Of a stretch of DNA of 40,808 bases, positions 1 through 8,801 are shown in pieces. The notes beneath the pieces are model-generated. The model did no database searches. It was given only the letters and a program-made list of their open reading frames with translations, and was not told where the DNA came from. Source of the DNA: Pirellulales bacterium (GTDB taxonomy: Bacteria > Planctomycetota > Planctomycetia > Pirellulales > UBA1268); NCBI GenBank assembly GCA_044355515.1, contig JBIKXY010000002.1:1-40808 (forward strand), written 5' to 3'. The translations under genes were made by a program, and so were the position numbers. Numbering within the stretch: position 1 is the stretch's first letter; each line of letters starts with the position of its first letter.

Positions 1-1729
1 GCTCGGCCCCCACCACGAGCCAGCCGTCGCGGACATCGACGTAGCCGGCCTTCATGTGCTCGGCCAGCCCCGACGGGCGATACCGCGGCAGCGGCCGGAT
101 CGACTGGCCGAGGAACAATCCCAGCGCCTGCTGCCACGCCGGCGCCCGGTCGGCCGGCGGCGGCGGGGTGAACTCCGCCTCGCCCCGCGTGAATCGCCAG
201 CCCGCGGCATCGCGATCGAGCCGGTAGCCGAGGCGGATCTCCCGCGGCTCCTCCTCGACGACCTGGCCGGCGAGCTCGCAGCCCGTCGTTCGCAGCACGA
301 GATCGATGCCGCCGGGCACGACCCGCACCGCGGCGGGCCGCTCGGCCGCCAGCGTGATCACCGCCGGGATCCGGGCCGCGGGAAGCCGCCGCCACTCGTC
401 GCTCGAAAGCTTGCACTGCACCTCCCACAGCCCGCGGACGGTCGCCTCGTCGAGCCGCAGCCCGGACAGCGCCTCCAGGCTGTTGTTGACCGCCGACTCG
501 TGGACCCAGGTGACCATGTCGAGCCGGGCAAGATCGGCCGCGGCGATCACCGGCCGCGGGGCGATGGCCCCCAGCTGGTCGCTCCCGGCATACCAGGTGT
601 CGCTCCGCATCCCGAGGGCGTCGTTCGAGAGCCTGATCTCGGGCCTGAAGTCGAGGGCCGCGAGCCGGTCCCACACGCCCCACTGCAACAGACCGTTGAG
701 CTTGGTGGCGAGCGTCGTCGCCTGCTCCTCGACCCGCCCGGCCACCGTCCGCTCGATCCGGCCGGCCACGGCCGGGTCGTTGCCGGCCAGCGCCTCCTGG
801 GCGGCCCGCCGCGCGATCCCCTGCACGATCCGGCAGTGGCCGACGAGGCCGTCCACCCGCAGGCCGGAAACGCGGGTCGTGAACCGGGCCTCGACCGCGG
901 GCGGCTCGACGACCACTGCCGTGGGCGTGAGCCGCACCGTGTCGCTGCCGGTCACGCGGGGCACGGCGGTCGCCGCCACATGAACCCTGCGGCGGTAGGC
1001 CGTGGCGGTGATCCGGCCGTCGCCCACGGCATGGACCACGAGCCGGTTCTCGCCCCTCGACTCCGGCACGCTCGCCGAGATCGCGATGGAGACGTGGCCC
1101 TTCCCGGCGATCGCCGTGCCCGCCTGCCGCTCGTGAAACTCGACCGGCTGGGTGAACTCCCGTCGGGCGATCGCCGCCACGAACTCCCGCTTCAAGAGCA
1201 CCGAGACGTTGGCGCCGGAGAGCCGCTCGCGCAGCCGACGGAGTTCTGATTCGCTCAGCTCATCGGCCGCTACCGCCGCCAGGGCCGCGAAGGCCGCGCG
1301 AACCTCCCCGTCGGTCACGGGCGAAGCCCCGGGGGGGTGGCCGAGGTGTGTCTCGAGCGTGGCCCGGGCAGCCGAGGCCGGGGCCGAACCCTGCTCTGCC
1401 CGCCGGGCCAGCCGCGCAAGCCGCCCCACGCCGGTGCGCAGCCGATCGAGCGCCCCTTGGGCCCGGCCGGGCAGCATTCGCCGCAGCGACCGCTCCAGCC
1501 GCTCGAGCGCACCGGCATCGGAAGGATCTCGGGCGATCTCGGCGGCGACCCAGTCGAGCTCGAGTTCGGGGATCAGGATCACCCCGAGCGGCCCCGTCTC
1601 GAGTTCGGCCCGCAGCGCGGCGGTCGCCGCGGCGGCCTCCTGTCGCGCTTGCTCCCCGGGACCGCCGGCCACACTGCCGCTCGCGGCGACAACCACCAGC
1701 GCGACAACCTGTCGAAGGCAGCGGGACAT
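1..1729 (-). CDS. hypothetical secreted protein, 3' end cut by the window edge
   Basis: Absent from the ORF track because it runs off the window. The minus-strand ATG is the complement of 1727-1729, and by manual translation the frame stays open down to base 2. The N-terminus MSRCLRQVVALVVVAASGSVAGG looks like a signal peptide. Third positions are very G/C-rich (ctg/gcc/cgg/gag), unlike the overlapping + strand track ORFs 56..1249 and 306..983. No family motif recognised. Confidence 0.7.
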   Translation of the reverse strand, partial: MSRCLRQVVALVVVAASGSVAGGPGEQARQEAAAATAALRAELETGPLGVILIPELELDWVAAEIARDPSDAGALERLERSLRRMLPGRAQGALDRLRTGVGRLARLARRAEQGSAPASAARATLETHLGHPPGASPVTDGEVRAAFAALAAVAADELSESELRRLRERLSGANVSVLLKREFVAAIARREFTQPVEFHERQAGTAIAGKGHVSIAISASVPESRGENRLVVHAVGDGRITATAYRRRVHVAATAVPRVTGSDTVRLTPTAVVVEPPAVEARFTTRVSGLRVDGLVGHCRIVQGIARRAAQEALAGNDPAVAGRIERTVAGRVEEQATTLATKLNGLLQWGVWDRLAALDFRPEIRLSNDALGMRSDTWYAGSDQLGAIAPRPVIAAADLARLDMVTWVHESAVNNSLEALSGLRLDEATVRGLWEVQCKLSSDEWRRLPAARIPAVITLAAERPAAVRVVPGGIDLVLRTTGCELAGQVVEEEPREIRLGYRLDRDAAGWRFTRGEAEFTPPPPADRAPAWQQALGLFLGQSIRPLPRYRPSGLAEHMKAGYVDVRDGWLVVGAE

Positions 1730-1833
1730 GCGCAGACCCGGGAACGCAGGGTACAACAGGCCGCGTCCCTTGCCGCCGCCGGGATCATACCTGCTCCGGC
1801 GGCCGGTTGCTGCATCCCGCGGGAGATCGCCCG

Positions 1834-4800
1834 ATGGACGTGTTTCGCCTCGGTTTGTGCGTCGGCCTGGGCCTGCTCCTGTGGCGGGCGCAGATCCGTG
1901 GGATCCGGCCGGTGAGGGATTTTTTTCTCTGGGGCGTTGACTACCCGTTCCACTTCCTGATCACGGCCGTGTTCATCCTCGTGATCTGGGGCGGGCTCGG
2001 GGGGGCCTTCGGCCTCCAGGGGCTGTTCCTCGACGAGGATCCGCTCACGCAGGTGCTGCTCGGCGGCACGGTGATGCTGCTCTTCGCCGCGATCGTGGTG
2101 CACTACGTGGCCCTCGGCAGTTCCCGCCCCGGCTGGTGGGCTTCGCTGCACCGGCTCACGGGCGTGCTCCGCGGGCTCAACACGCTCGCCCCGCCGGACA
2201 AGCCCGTGCACTCGGCGCTGGCCAACGGGTTTCTGGAGCGGCTCTCGGCCGCCGACATCGAGGCCCTCGACGTCGCGGCGCGAACCGCGGTGGCCGACCC
2301 TGCGGGGCACGGGGTCGCGACCGGCTCGCTCGACCGCGAGTTGCACGACGCGCTCGAGAGCGAGCCGTTTCGCCTGCTCGTGGCCCCGGCCATCTTCCTC
2401 GTGAAGGGCTTCGCGCTGGTGGTCTTGGTGGGCCTCGTGCCCGCCGTCGTGATCCCGCTGGCCAACCGGGATCCGCAGGGAGTATTCGAACGGCTGCCGT
2501 GGCTCGTGGGCGTGTGCCTCGGCGACGTCATGGGCATCCTGCTCTGCTGCTGGACGACGGCCTGGCTCGCCCAGGCGGCCGGCTGGACCGCGCGGCAGGA
2601 GGCGATCCTCGGCACGCTGCGTCGGTGGGAGACCGCGGGAGGCGCGGCGGCCGCGGCCGCGGCACTCCCGGCGACGCCCCGCTTGACCACTCCGCCGGCC
2701 TGGCTCGTGTTTCTGGCCTGGTTCTTCGCAATTCACGCGGCCGTCACGCTGCTCGTGCCCCGCGACCTGACCTCGCTCTGGATCGACTGGCCGGAGCGGA
2801 ACCTGGCCATGCAGGACGCGGGCGGCCGCCGGGGCGCGAGTGCCTGGACCGAAAACTTCCCCTGGCTGCCCGCGGCGGTCCTGGCCGCCGAGGCGGCCCT
2901 GGCCGGGATCCTCGCGGCGGCCCAACGGCGGGCCGGCAGCCTGGCCAGCGGCCTCGACTGGCGGCCGCTCCTGGCTCCCCCACTGGCGGCCACGGTGCAC
3001 GTGCTGCGGGCCGACTGGCTCCATCGCCTCGTGATCGCGGTGGCGGCCGTGATCGCCGTCGCGTCGGTGGCCGTGACGCTCGGCGTGCGGCCCGAAGCGG
3101 GCGCATCGGCCTGGATCGGACTGCGGGGCTATGCGTCGCTCGGCGCGATCCTCCTCTGCTGGCTGGGCATCTTCTGGCTGGCGACCCATGCGGCCGCCGG
3201 CGGCGGCGCCCGCACGCCGCTCGAACAGCGGACCGCAATCCTCGGGCTCGTCGTCCTCGCGGTCCTGCACGTGCTCGGCGCTCCCCCCGCCCTGATCGCG
3301 CCGCTGGCCGCGGCCGCGGCGATCCTCTCCGGCTCCCGGACCCTCGCCAGCCTGCGGGGCGCCGAGCCGCCGGCCTGGCTGCGGCCCGGCTGGGCCGCCG
3401 TGCTCGCCGTCGTGGCGGCGCTGTCGCTGCTCATCGCCTGGCAGGTCGGCGGTATCGCGGTGGCGGCCGGCGTCTGGCTGGGGCTGGCGGTCTTGTTTCT
3501 CGGCTCCACGTCGCTCGCCCAGGTGGCCTCCCGCCAGCCGGCGCTGCTCTATCCGCTGACCGTGCTGCTCGGCTACGTGTCCTTCGCGATTCCCTACGCC
3601 ACCCTCGACGAGCGGTGGAAGTCGGCCCTCCCGGCCGCCGGGTCGATCGCCTGCGGGATCGCGCTGGTGGCCGCGAGCTACGCGATCCTGGTCCACGCCC
3701 GACCCCGCAGCGCGCTGCTCACCGTGGCGGCGGCCCTCGGCACGGCGCTGCTCGTCAACGGCGCGGCGCTGTTCGTCGCACCCAACGAGTTCAAGGGCAC
3801 CTTCCCCAACATGGAGGCCTACTACGCGCTGCCGGTCTACCTCGACTCCCGCGACTACTTCCGCGACACGACACCTTCGACGGCCCGGCTCCGCAACCGG
3901 GCCGTGACCGAGGACTTCGACCGGATCGCCCGGCAGGGCTACAGCGAGCGGCTCGCCACTGTCTACTTCGCGGTCCGGCCGCTCGAGCGGCGGAGCGACG
4001 GTAGCCACGCGGTGGTGGTCGATGTCGAGGACCCGCGCGGCAGGCTGCGGGCCGTGCCGGGCGACGCGGTCGGGCTGGCCGCCGAGGAGTGGTTCACGAT
4101 CCGGCTGGACGACGACGACTGCATCGCGCTGGCCGAGGAGCCGTTCTACCGGCGGATCCACCGCCTGTTCGGCTACGAGAACCTCCACCTGATCCGCAAC
4201 GGCATCATCCGCGGCCAGCGGCGCCGGCTCGTGCCGGCCGCCGGAGCCGACGCCGATCGGCCCGGCGTCATTCCCTACTCGTTCCTGACGGAGCCGGCCC
4301 CGCCGGGCATGACCGCGGCCGACGTCGCCGACGCCGACACGGTCCTCGGCCTGCGGCTCCGCGGCCTGGCGCACGAATACCGCGAACTCGAGGCGGAATA
4401 TGCCCTGATCGCGATGAACTGGCGGGGCCGCGTGGTGGCCGCGCGGCGCGAGCCACAGGCCGACGTGTATCGCGTCGAGTTCTCGCTGCCGGCCGGCGTT
4501 CCGCCGCTGACGGACGAGCAACTCGTCACGATGCAGTCGTGGATGGAGCGCTGCCACCTCGACACGCTCCGGCCGGCGGAGCCGGCCGCCACCGCTCCCG
4601 CCGCTGGACGGGCGGGCGAGTGCCTCGTGCTCGAGGACGCCCGCACCGACGCGCCGGTGCCGGTGGGCGTGTTCTTCGCCGGGCTGCCGGATCCCGGGAC
4701 CCACGCCCCCGCCTTCGACACCTACTGGCCCACGCCGGGGGCGATTCGCCGCACGATCGAGGCGACCCCGGCCTCGGCCCCCGTGCCGCCGACGTCGGCC

Positions 4801-6804
4801 CGCCCCGGCGCCGATCCCGCCGCCGGCTTCACGCTCCGGCCGGCACACGACCGGGGGCTGTTCGCGAGTCCGGACGCGGCCGTGCGGCTGCTGGAGTCAC
4901 CGCGGGCCGCGTCACTCCCGGCGACGGAACTGACCCTGGCCCTCTACAACGCGGGCCGGCTGCGGCCGGGCGACCAGCTGATCCTCTCCTGGAACGGCCG
5001 CCACGGCACGGCCAGCGGCCCCGACCTCGCGCGGTGCGCGGTCTGCGAAGTCGTGGCGCTCGGCGCGGCTCCCATGGCCGGTGACGACGGCAGGCCCCTG
5101 CCTCCGGGCGCGGTGTGGGTCAGGCTGGTGCCGGTTGGCCGGCTGCCGGTGCCGGGCCCGGCGACCGGGGCCCCGCAGGGCGGGCTCGTCGTCGGCCAGT
5201 GGCAGAACCTCCAGCTCCTCAACAACGCCGAGGTGTTGCTCGCCTGGAAGAACCTCGTGGGCGGCCGCTGGCAGGGCCGCAAGCCCAAGCTCGTGATCGT
5301 CACGGTAAGCGGGGGCGGGATCCGGGCGAGCGTCTGGGCCTCGGTCGTGCTCCGCAAGCTCGAGGCCACGCTGGGCGCCGACTTCCCCTACCACATCCGC
5401 CTGGTCACCGGCGCCTCCGGCGGCATGGTGGCCGGCTCCTATTACGTGACGTCGCTCCGCCCGCCCACGCCCGCGGTGCTGGCCGGCGAGCGGGCCTCGT
5501 TCGCCGACCTCCATGGCGTCTCGATCGGCGATTTCGTGGACCGGATGGGCCTCGACCAGCTCGACGCGGTCGCCGGCCGGATGCTGTTCGCCGACCTGCC
5601 CGCCACGCTCAACCCGTTCCTCCGCCAGGGAGACCGGGGCCGCACGCTCGAGCAGACCTGGATCCGCTGGACCGGAGGCGGGGAAAGCCCGCTGGGCCGG
5701 CCGATCCAGTCCTACGCGGCCGACGAGCGGCTCGGCTGGCGGCCGTCGCTGGTGTTCACGCCGATGATGGTCGAGGATGGAAGGCGGCTGTTGATCAGCA
5801 ACCTCGACCTCGCCTTCGCCACCCGGAACGTGGGGGGCCTGTTGCTCGAGCCGTCGTCGCGGAAGATCGAGCGGCCGGCGATCCAGGGGGGCGACTTCGA
5901 CCAGAGCATCCATGAGGAGGACGAGGTGTTCTCGCTCTCGGCGGTCGAGTTCTTCCGGCTGTTCCCCCGGGCGGCCGACTTCCAGGTGACCACGGCGATC
6001 CGCATGAGCGCCTCGTTCCCGTGGGTCTCGCCGGCCTTCAACCTGCCCACGCTCCCACCCCGCCGGGTGGTCGATGCCGCCTACTACGACAACTACGGCA
6101 TCAACCTCTCGGCCCTCTGGCTCTCGAAACTCGGGGCCTGGCTCCAGGAGAACACCTCGGGCGTGCTCGTCGTGCAGGTCCGCGACAAGGTGAGCCAGGG
6201 GGCCCGGACGGAGATCGACTTCGACCGGGTCGGCGGCGACGATCCGCCCCTCGACCGCCTCGTCTGGAACGGCGGCAGCAAGCTGCTGCGTCCCGGGCTG
6301 CAGGCGCTGAGCACGCCGCTGGTGGGCGTCACGAACGCCCGCCAATGGACGATGGCCTTCCGCAACGACGAGCAGGTCGATCTCCAGGATCTGCTGTTCG
6401 ACGAGTTGAGCGGCCAGGACTTTTTCCGCACGGTCGTGTTCGAATGCCCGGTGGACGTGTCGCTCAACTGGCGGCTCACCGACCGGGAGAAGGCTGTCCT
6501 CGTCGGGGGCTTCGGCAGGCCGGATGCCGCACCCGAGGACGAGCTGGCCCGGGTCAAGGACTACCTCACGGGCCGCGACTCGTACGAGTTTCACAAGTGG
6601 CGGCTGGAGAACCGCAACCGGCCGGCGTTTCGCCGGGAGCTGAAGGCCCGCTACGACGAGCAGCTTCGGGCGCTGGGTTTCGCGGCCACCGACCGGCTGT
6701 CGCTGGAGGAGAGCCAGAGCCTGTACGAGAACGTGGTCAAGAACCTCAAGCGGCTCGGGCTGCTGGCCGACTGGTGGCAGGCGGGCCGGGTGCCGGCCCG
6801 CTGA
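1834..6804 (+). CDS. giant polytopic membrane protein (1656 aa) with a C-terminal patatin-like phospholipase domain
   Basis: This lies in the frame of track ORF 1348..6804. The likely real start is ATG 1834 (MDVFRLGLCVGLGLLLW), preceded by GGGAGA 8 nt upstream, and the upstream part of the ORF is Arg/Pro-rich junk. The first ~640 aa are successive hydrophobic Ala/Leu/Gly-rich helices. About 650 aa of soluble sequence of unknown fold follow. The patatin motifs come next: oxyanion SGGGIRA (5308-5328), nucleophile GASGG with the Ser codon at 5416-5418, ASxSxP-like MSASFPWVSP, and catalytic Asp in VVDAAYYDNYG (Asp codon 6073-6075). Confidence 0.85.
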   Translation: MDVFRLGLCVGLGLLLWRAQIRGIRPVRDFFLWGVDYPFHFLITAVFILVIWGGLGGAFGLQGLFLDEDPLTQVLLGGTVMLLFAAIVVHYVALGSSRPGWWASLHRLTGVLRGLNTLAPPDKPVHSALANGFLERLSAADIEALDVAARTAVADPAGHGVATGSLDRELHDALESEPFRLLVAPAIFLVKGFALVVLVGLVPAVVIPLANRDPQGVFERLPWLVGVCLGDVMGILLCCWTTAWLAQAAGWTARQEAILGTLRRWETAGGAAAAAAALPATPRLTTPPAWLVFLAWFFAIHAAVTLLVPRDLTSLWIDWPERNLAMQDAGGRRGASAWTENFPWLPAAVLAAEAALAGILAAAQRRAGSLASGLDWRPLLAPPLAATVHVLRADWLHRLVIAVAAVIAVASVAVTLGVRPEAGASAWIGLRGYASLGAILLCWLGIFWLATHAAAGGGARTPLEQRTAILGLVVLAVLHVLGAPPALIAPLAAAAAILSGSRTLASLRGAEPPAWLRPGWAAVLAVVAALSLLIAWQVGGIAVAAGVWLGLAVLFLGSTSLAQVASRQPALLYPLTVLLGYVSFAIPYATLDERWKSALPAAGSIACGIALVAASYAILVHARPRSALLTVAAALGTALLVNGAALFVAPNEFKGTFPNMEAYYALPVYLDSRDYFRDTTPSTARLRNRAVTEDFDRIARQGYSERLATVYFAVRPLERRSDGSHAVVVDVEDPRGRLRAVPGDAVGLAAEEWFTIRLDDDDCIALAEEPFYRRIHRLFGYENLHLIRNGIIRGQRRRLVPAAGADADRPGVIPYSFLTEPAPPGMTAADVADADTVLGLRLRGLAHEYRELEAEYALIAMNWRGRVVAARREPQADVYRVEFSLPAGVPPLTDEQLVTMQSWMERCHLDTLRPAEPAATAPAAGRAGECLVLEDARTDAPVPVGVFFAGLPDPGTHAPAFDTYWPTPGAIRRTIEATPASAPVPPTSARPGADPAAGFTLRPAHDRGLFASPDAAVRLLESPRAASLPATELTLALYNAGRLRPGDQLILSWNGRHGTASGPDLARCAVCEVVALGAAPMAGDDGRPLPPGAVWVRLVPVGRLPVPGPATGAPQGGLVVGQWQNLQLLNNAEVLLAWKNLVGGRWQGRKPKLVIVTVSGGGIRASVWASVVLRKLEATLGADFPYHIRLVTGASGGMVAGSYYVTSLRPPTPAVLAGERASFADLHGVSIGDFVDRMGLDQLDAVAGRMLFADLPATLNPFLRQGDRGRTLEQTWIRWTGGGESPLGRPIQSYAADERLGWRPSLVFTPMMVEDGRRLLISNLDLAFATRNVGGLLLEPSSRKIERPAIQGGDFDQSIHEEDEVFSLSAVEFFRLFPRAADFQVTTAIRMSASFPWVSPAFNLPTLPPRRVVDAAYYDNYGINLSALWLSKLGAWLQENTSGVLVVQVRDKVSQGARTEIDFDRVGGDDPPLDRLVWNGGSKLLRPGLQALSTPLVGVTNARQWTMAFRNDEQVDLQDLLFDELSGQDFFRTVVFECPVDVSLNWRLTDREKAVLVGGFGRPDAAPEDELARVKDYLTGRDSYEFHKWRLENRNRPAFRRELKARYDEQLRALGFAATDRLSLEESQSLYENVVKNLKRLGLLADWWQAGRVPAR

Positions 6805-6819
6805 GCCGCGCCGCCGGCC

Positions 6820-7974
6820 CTACTGCGGCACGAGCGGGCGGCCGCGCCACCTGGTTTTGAGGCCGAGGGCTTTGCGGACCAGGGCCACCCACTGGATCGC
6901 GAGAAACACGGCGACACCCAGGGGATGGAGGATGGCGCTCGAGAGGCTCTGTCGGAACCGGATCGCGTCGAGGATCCGTGGGAGATACGCGAGCACCGCC
7001 GCGGCCAAGGCGACCACGGCGCCGCCCGTCGGCCAGCCGGCGAAGCCCGTCGCCAGGCCCTGCGCGGCGAGCAGCGGCGGCAGGACGGCGCCGCCCGCGA
7101 GCAGGATCGTGAACGGCAGGATCGTGGCCGCCGAGCCGACGCCCTCGGTGGCGTTCTTCGCCAGCCCGCGCCAGACGTCGAGGCTGCGGGAATACATCCG
7201 GCAGGAGGCGATTTCCGTGGCGTCGAAGATGTCGGTGACCAATCCAGCGCGGCGGAAGGCCCGGGGCAGCTTCAGGCCGTCGTGGAGCGATGCCCGGATC
7301 GCCGCGTGGCCGCCGGCCCGCTCGTAGTCGGCCCGCCGGGTGACGAACAGCTGCCCGCAGCCGGCCGCCAGGCTCGGGTCGTTCACCTGCCGCGAGCGGG
7401 AAAGCGGCAGGTAGCCCAAGAGCACGAAGTGGATCAGCGGCAGGAGCAGCCACTCCAAAAACGACCCCGTCTCCTGCCGCGGGAAGCCGCTGGCAAGCGC
7501 CGCCCCGCTCGCATCGAGGAAGGCCACCGACCGGGCGATCGCGTCGCGGGCGGGCACCACGTCCACGTCGAGAAACACCCAGCTGTCGTGCCGCGCGGCC
7601 CGGGCCAGCTGCCAGCAGGCGTGCTGCTTGCCGCACCAGGCCTCCGGCAGCGGGCTGCCGGGCACGAGCCGCACCCGCGGGTCGCGGGCCGCGGCCTCCC
7701 TGACGAGCTCCGCCGTCCGGTCGTCGCTGGCGTCGTCGAGCACGACGAGCTCGAGTTCGACCCCCTCGCTCGCCAACACGTCGGCGATGAACCGGCCGAT
7801 CGCCCGCTCCTCATTGCGGGCCGGCACGAGCACCGAGACCTGCGGCCACGGCCTGCCGGCCGCTGGCTCGGGCGGCGGGCGAAACAGCCGCAGGTTGGCG
7901 AGCGTGAGCAGCGCGGGGATCGCCGCCAGGACGAGCCCGGCCCACGCCAGCACCAGGATCACGACCGGACTCAC
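6820..7974 (-). CDS. family 2 glycosyltransferase, carotenoid glycosyltransferase-like (CrtQ/CruC-type)
   Basis: The 384-aa product has an N-terminal TM helix, then VSVLVPARNEE...LVVLDDASDDRT (GT2 DxD region), GKQHA, and C-terminal TM helices. Its GTG start (7972-7974) overlaps the upstream gene stop (GTGA). It is the last gene of an operon that contains two CrtI-family genes. Confidence 0.8.
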   Translation of the reverse strand: MSPVVILVLAWAGLVLAAIPALLTLANLRLFRPPPEPAAGRPWPQVSVLVPARNEERAIGRFIADVLASEGVELELVVLDDASDDRTAELVREAAARDPRVRLVPGSPLPEAWCGKQHACWQLARAARHDSWVFLDVDVVPARDAIARSVAFLDASGAALASGFPRQETGSFLEWLLLPLIHFVLLGYLPLSRSRQVNDPSLAAGCGQLFVTRRADYERAGGHAAIRASLHDGLKLPRAFRRAGLVTDIFDATEIASCRMYSRSLDVWRGLAKNATEGVGSAATILPFTILLAGGAVLPPLLAAQGLATGFAGWPTGGAVVALAAAVLAYLPRILDAIRFRQSLSSAILHPLGVAVFLAIQWVALVRKALGLKTRWRGRPLVPQ

Positions 7975-8798
7975 GCGTCGCCCCCGCTCGCGCCGCCATG
8001 GGAAGGATCGAACCGCCGGCCCCGCAGCCAGGCTCCGAGCCGGCGGATCGTGTCGTAGGCCGGCCCCACGCCCACGCGGCCCGCGAGCAGCGGCCGGAAA
8101 GCGGCGGGGTCACGAGCGATCGCCGCGGCGGCGAGCCGATCCTGGGTGGCCGTCAGCTCGGCAGCCAGCACGCTCGTCCACTCCTCGGCGGAGCGGCCGG
8201 GATGGTCGGTGATCCGGATGGCCGTGCCGAAGGCCGCCACCGCCTCCGGAGACCGCTCGCTCCAAAACGGATACTCGACCGCGAAGGGCAGGACCACACC
8301 CCGCCTGGCCGCGGCGACGGCGTGGCCCACCCCGGGGCGGATCACGACCGGCCGGCCCCGCGGATCGGTGAACTCGCCCTGGGCCGTGATCCACAAGATC
8401 ACGTCGCTCCGCTCGAGCGCCGCCCGGGCCATCCGCAGAAACCGGGCTGATCCCCGCCAGGTGCCCGGCTCGATCCCGATGAAGCCGATCCGCTCCAAAA
8501 ACCTGTATTTGCCCAGGGCCGCCGCGTCGATCGGGCCGTAGCTCATCCGGCCTGGGTAGAGCGTGGCCCCCGCCAGCAGGAACACGAGCGGATCCCACCA
8601 GCCCGGATGGTTCGTGGCGACGAGCACCGGCTCACCCTCGAGGTCGGGATGCCCCGGGCCGCCATCAGGCCCGGCCAGCAGCCGGACCGCGTGAAAGTGC
8701 CGCCGTAGGTAGCGGCGGACATACCACATGAACCAGCCGTTGAGCTGGTGGGAGAACGGCGGCAGCTCGTGCTCGTGTCGCGGTTCGCCGCGTGCCAT
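7971..8798 (-). CDS. PlsC/lysophospholipid-acyltransferase-family acyltransferase (CruD-like candidate)
   Basis: The 275-aa product carries the HX4D motif in VATNHPGWWDP and an ITAQGEF block in the position of the FPEGTR motif. It starts 3 nt after the stop of the upstream CrtI-family gene and overlaps the downstream GT2 start. Confidence 0.75.
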   Translation of the reverse strand: MARGEPRHEHELPPFSHQLNGWFMWYVRRYLRRHFHAVRLLAGPDGGPGHPDLEGEPVLVATNHPGWWDPLVFLLAGATLYPGRMSYGPIDAAALGKYRFLERIGFIGIEPGTWRGSARFLRMARAALERSDVILWITAQGEFTDPRGRPVVIRPGVGHAVAAARRGVVLPFAVEYPFWSERSPEAVAAFGTAIRITDHPGRSAEEWTSVLAAELTATQDRLAAAAIARDPAAFRPLLAGRVGVGPAYDTIRRLGAWLRGRRFDPSHGGASGGDA

Positions 8799-8801
8799 GG
8801 C

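Noticed and set aside
56-1249. The + strand ORFs 56..1249, 306..983 and 1152..1940.
   Set aside because: They are shadows of the minus-strand secreted-protein gene that runs off the window. Their composition is poor and they have no motifs.
1348-1833. The N-terminal 162 aa of track ORF 1348..6804.
   Set aside because: The sequence is Arg/Pro/Ala-rich and not protein-like, and it overlaps the real minus-strand gene 1..1729. ATG 1834 has an RBS and begins the first hydrophobic helix.
1579-4848. A 1089-aa minus-strand ORF, together with 2136..4004 (+), 4089..5084 (+), 4912..6594 (-) and other long ORFs overlapping the giant gene.
   Set aside because: The products are Arg/Gly/Pro/Ala-rich with no motifs. 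They are shadow frames of the 1834..6804 CDS, which carries the hydrophobic helices, the patatin motifs and the G/C third-position bias.
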